25,851 bases of DNA, from NCBI GenBank assembly GCA_029838215.1, contig JALGVI010000042.1, forward strand, positions 1 to 25,851. The letters run 5' to 3'. Both the position numbers and the translations under genes were made by a program. The notes below the pieces were generated by a model that saw only the letters and a list, made by a program, of their open reading frames with translations, did no database searches and was not told the origin of the DNA. Origin of the DNA: Candidatus Helarchaeota archaeon. GTDB taxonomy: Archaea > Asgardarchaeota > Lokiarchaeia > Helarchaeales > RDOG01. This document shows positions 1 to 7,264 of the stretch, one piece after another (position 1 is the first letter of the stretch; every line of letters begins with the position of its first letter).

Positions 1-1
1 C

Positions 2-460
2 AAGCATGAAGTGATTCGAGAAGGACGAGAACCCGGGGAATTTTTTTACACGTTCATTAAAAGCAAGGGACTCATAGGTAATAGGAAAAAGACAATTCCT
101 AAAAAATCAGTCCGTGCCGCTGATGATGGCTCGGATATTTTGGAAAGAGCACGATCTCTTCTTAAGAAATCGTCTTCCTCGGGACAAGAAGCTAAAAGTG
201 ACTTTCATTCCTTTTCGGGCACTTCATTTTCTCCGGAGATGAAAAGGTCCACCCAAAAAAGACCCACCTACTCCTTGACAATGTTAGAGCGGAATCGAAT
301 TGAAAATCTATTAAAAGAAATAATTGAGATTCACGCACATGTAAAATATTCAATGAAGCACATTGATGAAAGAATCGATCAAATTCAAACCATTCTAAAA
401 AAATTGAATGAACCATCGAAAAAATCAAATTCAACCAGAGAATCTTCAAAAATCTATTAA
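2..460 (+). CDS. 5'-truncated protein; visible N-terminus resembles the end of a gelsolin/villin repeat, followed by a low-complexity linker and a C-terminal coiled coil
   Basis: The frame is open from position 2 (K-H-E-V-I-R-E-G-R-E-P-G-E-F-F), so the GTG at 11 is probably internal. VIREGREPGEFF resembles the gelsolin-repeat [VI]x[EQ]GxEPxxF motif. There is a Ser/Lys-rich middle and a heptad-like tail (RIENLLKEIIEI...IDERIDQIQTILKKL). That it is coding is fairly clear; the family call is tentative. Confidence 0.55.
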   Translation, partial: KHEVIREGREPGEFFYTFIKSKGLIGNRKKTIPKKSVRAADDGSDILERARSLLKKSSSSGQEAKSDFHSFSGTSFSPEMKRSTQKRPTYSLTMLERNRIENLLKEIIEIHAHVKYSMKHIDERIDQIQTILKKLNEPSKKSNSTRESSKIY

Positions 461-465
461 TTAAA

Positions 466-1434
466 TTGGGCAATGAAACAGGAATTAATTTTGGATATTA
501 TAGAGAAAATTTCGTGAAAAAACGCATAAAATCAAGAATGATTCGGCTAAATCTTGAAGACCCCATTTCTTATTTAAATTACATTAATGAAACGCCGGGT
601 GAAATTGAAAAGTTCTTGAACGGCTTTACAATCAACACGTCATATTTTTTTAGGAATCTTGAAGTTTACGAACAGATCGAGAATTTAATCTATTATTGCC
701 TTAAAGGCGTTAATATTTTGGCTAAAAAACAGAAAAAAATCATGAAATCAGAGAACAAGAAAAATCAACGTTTATCATCAAGAGAAAAAGAAATGAATAA
801 CACCATCTTCACCAAGGAAATACCATTAGAAAAATTATCCATTTTTAAAAAATTAAACAACAAATCAATTAATGCAAGAATAAATATATGGTCCTGTGCT
901 TGTGCTTCTGGTGAAGAACCATATTCGATTGCAATGTTATTAGATACATTAAAGAAAAAGTTTCGCAATTTACCTAATTATAATATTGTTGCCTCTGATG
1001 TTGATCAGGTTGCACTTGAAAACGCACGAGAAGGCATCTATTTTGAGGAATCCGTTAAAGAAGTTCCCGAGTATTTCTTGCAACAGTACTTTACAAGAGT
1101 AAAAATTTATCCATACGGATTAAAATACAAAATAGATAACAAAATAAAGAAACAAGTTCACTTCATTCAAGAAGATGTCACGAAAAGACACGAGAAAACG
1201 ACTAAATATGACATAATTTTTTGCAGGTATTTTTTGATTTATACGGAAAAGACATCACGATTTAAGTTGATACAAATCCTACGGAATAGATTAGCCGATG
1301 GAGGATTACTAATTCTGGGAAAGACCGAAACATTGTTCAACTTGAATCATGATTTGAAACTTATCGATACCAGAAACCATATATACATGAAGACCAAAAC
1401 CTTTGAAGGCGGAGGAATAAATCGTGCCAATTAA
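466..1434 (+). CDS. cheR: Chemotaxis protein-glutamate O-methyltransferase CheR (true start probably upstream of 466)
   Basis: TINTSYFFRN, IWSCACASGEEPYSIAM, IVASDVDQVAL..AREGIY, YDIIFCRYFLIY and GGLLILGKTE match CheR motifs. It overlaps the cheB start. There is a Lys/Asn-rich insert of about 55 aa. Confidence 0.93.
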   Translation: MGNETGINFGYYRENFVKKRIKSRMIRLNLEDPISYLNYINETPGEIEKFLNGFTINTSYFFRNLEVYEQIENLIYYCLKGVNILAKKQKKIMKSENKKNQRLSSREKEMNNTIFTKEIPLEKLSIFKKLNNKSINARINIWSCACASGEEPYSIAMLLDTLKKKFRNLPNYNIVASDVDQVALENAREGIYFEESVKEVPEYFLQQYFTRVKIYPYGLKYKIDNKIKKQVHFIQEDVTKRHEKTTKYDIIFCRYFLIYTEKTSRFKLIQILRNRLADGGLLILGKTETLFNLNHDLKLIDTRNHIYMKTKTFEGGGINRAN

Positions 1435-2551
1435 TGTATTAGTTGCCGAAGATTCCTCTTTTCAAAGGAAAGTCATTTCTGAAATGCTCTCGAAGCATGA
1501 CCTCATTAGAGTTGTTGATGTTGCAAGAAATGGACTTGAAGCCGTAGAAAAAGTGAATCAGCTTCATCCCGACGTGCTTGTTTTGGATCTCATAATGCCA
1601 AAAATGGATGGCTTAACAGCGTTAAAAGAAATCATGAAAACCAATCCAATTCCTACCATAATATTCTCAGTTCTGGACCCGAAATCGCTTGATAATTCGG
1701 TTCAGGCTCTCATCATGGGTGCATTTGATTACATCATAAAACCGGGTGGCGTGTGGAAAGTCGAGTTACCTAAATTCAAGGATGAATTAATTTCAAAAGT
1801 CTTAATGGCGGCAAAATCTCAAGTCAAACAGGTTCACGGCTTGAAACGGGAAAGGAAGCAACAACAAGATAAAATAATTACAGAAAAAACAACAGGAAAT
1901 GGCAAGGTAAAAAAGTCCAAATCGGTTTCACTTCCCAAATTACCACCTGTCCGCATCAAAAATTTAAAAAACGGAATCATTGCAATGGGTGCCAGTGTTG
2001 GCGGACCGAGAACATTAAAAATCATTTTAAGTAAAATTCCAAGCGATTTCTCATCTCCAATCTTGATTGTTCAGCACATAAACCCTTATTTCGTTGATGA
2101 ATTTGCAAAGTCGTTGAGCAGAGAATGCAAGATAACAATTAAAGTTGCAGAGAATGAAGAATATTTGGTTCCCGGAATTGCATATATTTCTCCTGGTGAT
2201 TATCACGTGATAATTTCCGCCAAGAACGATAGACCTTGCATAAAACTCCTTCAAGGAGAGCCGGTTCATTTTTGCATGCCTTCCATTGATGTCCTATTTT
2301 CCTCCGTGGCATCGACATTTAAGACTAGAGCTCTTGGGATACTTCTAACGGGAATGGGAGAAGATGGTGTAATGGGTTTAGGGATGATTCAGCGAAGTGG
2401 AGGGAAGACAATTGCCGAATCTCAAGAAACGGCAGTTCTTTATGGCATGCCGAAATCTGCAGCCGAACGCGGCGTGGCAGATCTCATCCTGCCCAATTAT
2501 AAAATAAAGGAGGAAATGATCCTATTCTCCAAAAAGATCAGACGAAGTTAA
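1424..2551 (+). CDS. cheB: Chemotaxis response regulator protein-glutamate methylesterase CheB
   Basis: N-terminal receiver domain (VLVAEDS, DVLVLDLIMPKMDG, DYIIKP). The C-terminal methylesterase has the catalytic Ser (GASVGGP), His (IVQH) and Asp (LTGMGEDG), plus PSIDVLF and LYGMPKSA. Confidence 0.96.
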   Translation: MPINVLVAEDSSFQRKVISEMLSKHDLIRVVDVARNGLEAVEKVNQLHPDVLVLDLIMPKMDGLTALKEIMKTNPIPTIIFSVLDPKSLDNSVQALIMGAFDYIIKPGGVWKVELPKFKDELISKVLMAAKSQVKQVHGLKRERKQQQDKIITEKTTGNGKVKKSKSVSLPKLPPVRIKNLKNGIIAMGASVGGPRTLKIILSKIPSDFSSPILIVQHINPYFVDEFAKSLSRECKITIKVAENEEYLVPGIAYISPGDYHVIISAKNDRPCIKLLQGEPVHFCMPSIDVLFSSVASTFKTRALGILLTGMGEDGVMGLGMIQRSGGKTIAESQETAVLYGMPKSAAERGVADLILPNYKIKEEMILFSKKIRRS

Positions 2552-2556
2552 TAGCT

Positions 2557-3240
2557 TTGACAAGAACCGAAAAAAAATTTAAAAAATATAAGAATCGAGC
2601 CATTAATGCGGGATTTAGCTCTCACGTTCATCATCAAGACAAAAAGGTAATTCTTCCCATCGGTCATTGCATTTACATTAATTCAGATAGTGTATTTAAT
2701 GAAAAAGGCGTCAAGGAGATCGCAATCTATGGATTGGGATCTTGTATTGCTTTAATCCTAAGAGATCATGAAAACAAAATGAGCGGAATGTCCCATATTT
2801 TATTACCAAGCCATGAAAAACAAAGCGGAGCTATGATAAAATTTCCTCACAAATTTGCCGATCTCTCCGTAAAGGAATTGTTGGAGAAACTAATGCAGAT
2901 GGGTGCAGATAAAAATAAAATCAAGGCCATCATTATCGGCGGTGCGAATATTTTTAATAATCCAAACTTTGCAATCGGGACGGAAAACCTTAAGGTTGTC
3001 AGAAAAAAGTTGCAAGAATTGAATATCCGTATATTTCGAGAGATGGTCGGAGGAAATGTTGGTCGCGTGGTGGAATACGACCTGGATAAAAATGAAATTC
3101 GCGTTAGGAGATCGGGAACAAAAGAAGTCCAAATAATAAACTTGAATGAATCCTATCCCTGTAGAAATGTCAATAGAACGACCGTCCAGAATTTAGATAG
3201 ACCAGAAGTGCAGATAGGTGAAGTAGGTGATAGCAGATGA
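2557..3240 (+). CDS. cheD: Chemoreceptor glutamine deamidase CheD
   Basis: GLGSCIALILRD (catalytic Cys), GMSHILLP (His), KFADLSVKELLEKL, KAIIIGGANIF, IGTENL and EMVGGNVGRVV. Its stop overlaps the cheC ATG (ATGA at 3237-3240). Confidence 0.92.
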   Translation: MTRTEKKFKKYKNRAINAGFSSHVHHQDKKVILPIGHCIYINSDSVFNEKGVKEIAIYGLGSCIALILRDHENKMSGMSHILLPSHEKQSGAMIKFPHKFADLSVKELLEKLMQMGADKNKIKAIIIGGANIFNNPNFAIGTENLKVVRKKLQELNIRIFREMVGGNVGRVVEYDLDKNEIRVRRSGTKEVQIINLNESYPCRNVNRTTVQNLDRPEVQIGEVGDSR

Positions 3241-3923
3241 ATAAGAGTAGGAAGCGGGTGAAAAGCAACAGAGATAACTTAACGTTAACTCCCGAACAAT
3301 TAGATACTTTAATGGAACTCGGAAATATAGGAACGGGAAATGCAGTCACGGCTCTTTCAAAATTATTAAACAAAAAAATAGAAATGTCTTTGACCGATGT
3401 ATCCATCATTCCATTTTGGAAAATCTTAGAAGAGTTTGAAGGTCCGGAAACCCAAGTTTTTGGTATTTATTCAGATATAAACGGTTTTGCGAACCTATCA
3501 ATCCTGCAATTCTTCACGAAAAAATCCACCATAGAAATGATGAATAACCTGCTCCACAAAGATAGAATCATTTCTGAAAAGGTAACAAGTCTAAAGGATC
3601 TAGATGAATTCTCGATCAGCACGATCACGGAAATTGGCAATATATTAGCAGCACATTTTGCAAATTCTCTGGCAAGTTTAATGAAAACAGTCCTAATACC
3701 CGAAGTCCCAGTAGTGGCACTTGACATGATAGCCACGATATTAAATTCGCTTGTAGCAAAATATTCTTTTATCTCAGATTACTTGATAATTACAAAGACC
3801 AACATGAGTATTGAAGAATTTCATTTAGAAGGAAGCATTTGTTTCATCCCGGATTTGAAAACGTTGGAAACACTTTTCAAAGCCATAAACGTGGAATCAA
3901 ACCTAAATTCTAACTATAAATAA
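3237..3923 (+). CDS. cheC: CheY-P phosphatase CheC
   Basis: Two ExxN active-site motifs (LMELGNIGTGNAVTALSKLL; ITEIGNILAAHFANSL) and a P.V..DM motif (PEVPVVALDM). It is translationally coupled to cheD. Confidence 0.92.
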   Translation: MNKSRKRVKSNRDNLTLTPEQLDTLMELGNIGTGNAVTALSKLLNKKIEMSLTDVSIIPFWKILEEFEGPETQVFGIYSDINGFANLSILQFFTKKSTIEMMNNLLHKDRIISEKVTSLKDLDEFSISTITEIGNILAAHFANSLASLMKTVLIPEVPVVALDMIATILNSLVAKYSFISDYLIITKTNMSIEEFHLEGSICFIPDLKTLETLFKAINVESNLNSNYK

Positions 3924-3935
3924 AGGCGAGAATAT

Positions 3936-4943
3936 TTGAACACGGCAAATCCCAATTCCAATATAAAAGAATTGATTTCACACGAACATCTAAAGGAGTT
4001 ACTCGGAAATCTCCTAAGTTTACTTCCACATGTATTTGCTACTTTTATTGCAGATTTTGATGGTCTAATAATTGCACAGGCATCACGCAAGGATTTGGAT
4101 GAGAGCATCATTGGAGCCTTGACCGCTACAATTGATACGGCACTCAAAAGAATAAAAAGAATTGCAGACACATCTTTAGGGAGTGGCTCATTTGATATGG
4201 ATGAATACCGCCTGATATTTGTAGAACTCGGGGGACACACGCCAGCCATCTTCATAGTAGTGACGGACGTTTATTCTGACATTGATGATTACATTCTTTA
4301 TACATATTTGATAGCGGAAAAAGTATCGCTCATTTTAAATAACCGGAAAACATCGCTTTCAATACCCGAATTCATAATAGAAACAAAATTAGAGACAAAA
4401 ACAAATGGTCTCACGAGGAGAGGAAAAGATCTCATCATTAAGATAATGGTCTTGGGAGATACAAGGGTTGGAAAGAGTGCTCTCATAGAAATGTTCACGA
4501 ATGGTGAATTCCACGATAATTACATACCGACCGTTGGGATATCCATTGGTGAAAAAGAATTACAGATCTCAAAATCCATGAAACTCAAATTTCATTTTTT
4601 TGACATGTCTGGCTCTAAAAGCTTCGCAAAAGTCAGGAAAATGTGCTATAAAAATGCGGGTCTTGTATTCGTGATTTTCGATTTTACGAACATCAAGACA
4701 CTTGAAAATGCAAGGAAATGGATAAACGAATCGAGACAATTTCTTGGAAATCAAGACGTCAAGCACGTGCTCATCGGAAATAAGATAGATCTTGTTTCGG
4801 ATCGCGCGGTTATTCGGGAAAAAGCAAGAGAAATCGCCAATGAAAATGAATGTTTGTATTTTGAAGCATCTGCACAAACAGGTGAAGGCGTGGACGAAAT
4901 TTTCACGCTCTTGGCAACAGATATTCTCAACGAGAAAATATAA
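3936..4943 (+). CDS. Fusion of an N-terminal roadblock/LC7 (MglB-like) domain and a C-terminal Rab/Ras-like small GTPase
   Basis: Residues ~15-135 fit the roadblock pattern (FIADFDGLIIAQ..LDESIIGALTATI..LIFVELGG..AIFIVVTD). GTPase motifs are G1 GDTRVGKS (4455-4478), G2 YIPTVG, G3 DMSG (from 4602), G4 GNKID and G5 EASAQ. It starts 12 nt after the cheC stop with TTG. Confidence 0.88.
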   Translation: MNTANPNSNIKELISHEHLKELLGNLLSLLPHVFATFIADFDGLIIAQASRKDLDESIIGALTATIDTALKRIKRIADTSLGSGSFDMDEYRLIFVELGGHTPAIFIVVTDVYSDIDDYILYTYLIAEKVSLILNNRKTSLSIPEFIIETKLETKTNGLTRRGKDLIIKIMVLGDTRVGKSALIEMFTNGEFHDNYIPTVGISIGEKELQISKSMKLKFHFFDMSGSKSFAKVRKMCYKNAGLVFVIFDFTNIKTLENARKWINESRQFLGNQDVKHVLIGNKIDLVSDRAVIREKAREIANENECLYFEASAQTGEGVDEIFTLLATDILNEKI

Positions 4944-5021
4944 TATGAGTTTCATCGTTTCCCCGATTCATGAACATTCGTGTCATTCGTTATAAAATAC
5001 TTGTCCAATGTTAAAACAAGA

Positions 5022-5096
5022 TTTTTTTTTTCATCAAAATGCAACGAAAATTATTGCCCGATTTTCAAAATGAAAGTTAGTCGCGTGTTTTTTTTT
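5022..5096 (+). terminator. Oligo-T tracts (T10 at 5022-5031, T9 at 5088-5096), likely archaeal termination signals for the che operon
   Basis: Long T runs lie 80-150 nt downstream of the last operon gene. Archaeal intrinsic termination uses oligo-T tracts. Confidence 0.45.
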
Positions 5097-5153
5097 CCAC
5101 AATTTTTATTATCGCTTTTCAGAAACCGTTAAGAAAAGTGGAGAAACAAAATT

Positions 5154-5250
5154 GTCTGACGAATCACGTTCCACACCCATCATTAGACCGAGCAGTTCCA
5201 GATGCTCATCGTTCCTAATGGATGATGCGTTCGTGAGAGCGGACTTTTTT
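5154..5250 (+). ncRNA. Candidate structured RNA: nested stem-loop of about 90 nt followed by T6
   Basis: GAGCA 5190-5194 pairs with TGCTC 5203-5207; CATTAG 5181-5186 with CTAATG 5215-5220; TCTGACGAA 5155-5163 with TTCGTGAGA 5230-5238 (8 of 9). T6 follows at 5245-5250. Strand and function are unknown. Confidence 0.3.
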
Positions 5251-5286
5251 GAAATTCGTGAGATGACTGATTTTTGTAAGCTTCTT

Positions 5287-5345
5287 TATTTTAATCCCCT
5301 CTATTTTAATATCCCCTCTCCCCTCAAATCCCCTCCCTCCTAACC
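5287..5345 (-). repeat. G-rich tract on the - strand made of AGGGG units, with an imperfect tandem repeat
   Basis: The + strand reads TATTTTAATCCCCTC-TATTTTAATATCCCCTC-TCCCCTC-AAATCCCCTCCCTCC, giving four GGGG runs plus a GGG on the - strand. Confidence 0.6.
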
Positions 5346-5542
5346 ATCTATTTTTCTTACGAAAATCCATTAAATCACGAATTTCCTTCTTTTTTATTTA
5401 AATTACTCGCCCCAAATCCGCGAAAAAATCGAGATCTTGAAGATCTTGGGATTGAAATAAATCCAAAAATTCATCTATCAGAACAAATATTCATTTAAAA
5501 GGCAAAAAAATGGAAAAAAGATCGGTTACTACTTAATTGTAG

Positions 5543-5926
5543 TTAACTGTTGGTCATAGAATGCTCGTTACCTGAACGACCTTCTTTCCTAGCACTCAAT
5601 AATTGATTGAATTGTCTCTGATATTTCGTAGATAATTTTACCACTTTCTTTATCATTTCTTCTTTTAAATCAGTAGATAGATTCGTCACTTTTATATAAT
5701 TTATCAGGTCATTTTGACATTTATTGATGGGTTCGAGCAGGATTAAAGCAGAGTTGGCGTTTGAATTAAAAGAAGAAGATAATTCTTGGAAGCATTTTCT
5801 ATAGATGGTGTCGAGGTATTTAAGCATTTGAATGATCCTTTGTTTTGACGTTCTATTTAGTTCACACGTTTCAATGAAAGCAATTAAATAATTCTTGTCC
5901 TTTTCAAACAGGTCTTTGGAATTCAA
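5543..5926 (-). CDS. Hypothetical all-helical protein (127 aa)
   Basis: TTG start 4 nt after the longin gene stop. Amphipathic-helix composition; no recognisable motif. Confidence 0.65.
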   Translation of the reverse strand: MNSKDLFEKDKNYLIAFIETCELNRTSKQRIIQMLKYLDTIYRKCFQELSSSFNSNANSALILLEPINKCQNDLINYIKVTNLSTDLKEEMIKKVVKLSTKYQRQFNQLLSARKEGRSGNEHSMTNS

Positions 5927-5930
5927 GCTA

Positions 5931-6341
5931 TCACACTTTTTTTTTGTTTAAAATTGTCAGAAAATTTTCAGGGAGCATGAAATTTTCAAATTTTGTTCGG
6001 TTTCCATTCCATTCTTTTAGGATATATCCATATTCGGAAAGGAATGCTCCAGAAATCTCCGAAAGAATCGATTCGATCATGTTTAAGTCGTGATCGCCAC
6101 AATCACAGGAGATGCATACTATGATGTCATTAGCACCTGTAAAACAATAATAGATGTTTTCAAATTTTATCATCGATAATTTCTTTTTATATAAATCCAG
6201 TCCGATGTTGTAAATTGCACTGAGGTAGGATGAAATCAAGTCAGTTTCGGCTTTCTTAACATCGGAGCCACTGATGGAATTGAATTCAAACGACTTCAAG
6301 CAAATTCCGTCTGCAGTGAAGATAAATAAATCGTATATCAC
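5931..6341 (-). CDS. Longin-like domain protein
   Basis: The pattern IYDLFIFTADGICLKSFEF...LISSYLSAIYNI...MIKFENIYYCF...IIVCISCD...ILSEISGAFLSEY...WNGNRTKFENF matches the stand-alone longin domains common in Asgard archaea (compare AP sigma/TRAPP/SRX longins). Confidence 0.72.
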   Translation of the reverse strand: MIYDLFIFTADGICLKSFEFNSISGSDVKKAETDLISSYLSAIYNIGLDLYKKKLSMIKFENIYYCFTGANDIIVCISCDCGDHDLNMIESILSEISGAFLSEYGYILKEWNGNRTKFENFMLPENFLTILNKKKV

Positions 6342-6559
6342 GGGATTTTCAACTTCATTAACGGGATTAATTGTTTAATTTTAATTTGAGATACTCGTAC
6401 TGAAAGTGTTATTTGAAATTTGCTTCTTTTTTTTACCAATAAAAAAAAACAAAAAGGCAATAAATTCGTCATTTAATTGCAAAAAAGTTACAAAATCGGA
6501 TTTCAATTTGACAAATTATTTATGATGAAATCCCTGCAATTAATTACAAATGCATGTTT

Positions 6560-7249
6560 TTAATCGGTCTTGGTTTTTGCCTGAATCGTTATTCCGTTTT
6601 TCGTAATGATATAAGGAAATGGTTCTAATGGATGGTAGGTACCTCTCATCTTCACGATGGTCATTTCTCTAGATATTTTTCGATCTTTTCGCGCGTATTC
6701 TAGGAGAATCGTTCCATCTGCAATAAACGATTCATGGCAATGAAAGTCACCGACACCGTGTAGTTCTGCGGTCATTAATGCCTGAATCTCATTTTCCTTG
6801 ATATATTTTGAAAGTTCAAACATGAAAGTTCGATATTCTTTAACATCAGTTAAAGAGTAACTAATAGGATTTATGGGGTCGATGACGATGCGATTGATGT
6901 TATAGCTCTCGATTTTGTCGATAAAAAAAGATAAAAATTCACTTCCTTTTCGGAATTTCTTGATCTCATCATCCACGTCTATGAGAAAAACCCTTTTTCC
7001 GATGGCTTTCGAATTGAAGAACCAGAAGGTCGACCCATATTTGATTAGCGATGAAACGGGTTCAGAAAGCGTTGAAAAATAAAGACCCTTTTCTTTATGC
7101 TTAGCACCTTCAAATAGATATTGAAACGAAAAAATGGTCTTTCCGACACCGGATTGTCCTATTACCAAGACTAGTGAAGGAAAAATGAAACCCCCTTCCA
7201 ATTTATCTTTCAGTCCCGGAATACCAGGATCAATCCTAATAACTTCCAT
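6560..7249 (-). CDS. Single-domain KaiC/RAD55-like RecA-superfamily ATPase
   Basis: GIPGLKDKLEGGF, Walker A GQSGVGKT, QYLFEGAKHKEKGLYFS, Walker B RIVIDP, ESFIADGTILL, REMTIVKMRGTYH and C-terminal ITKNGITI. Confidence 0.9.
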   Translation of the reverse strand: MEVIRIDPGIPGLKDKLEGGFIFPSLVLVIGQSGVGKTIFSFQYLFEGAKHKEKGLYFSTLSEPVSSLIKYGSTFWFFNSKAIGKRVFLIDVDDEIKKFRKGSEFLSFFIDKIESYNINRIVIDPINPISYSLTDVKEYRTFMFELSKYIKENEIQALMTAELHGVGDFHCHESFIADGTILLEYARKDRKISREMTIVKMRGTYHPLEPFPYIITKNGITIQAKTKTD

Positions 7250-7264
7250 CTAAAATTTACCAAA

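Noticed and set aside
5222-5270. Box C/D guide sRNA
   Set aside because: Box C is imperfect (AUGAUGC) and no convincing D'/C' pair is present. It is kept only as a remark under the stem-loop finding.
5152-5343. 63-aa + strand ORF (and a ~51-codon - strand ORF over the same region)
   Set aside because: Neither has a motif, and both span the stem-loop and the C/G-rich repeat. A non-coding explanation is more economical, though a small protein cannot be excluded.
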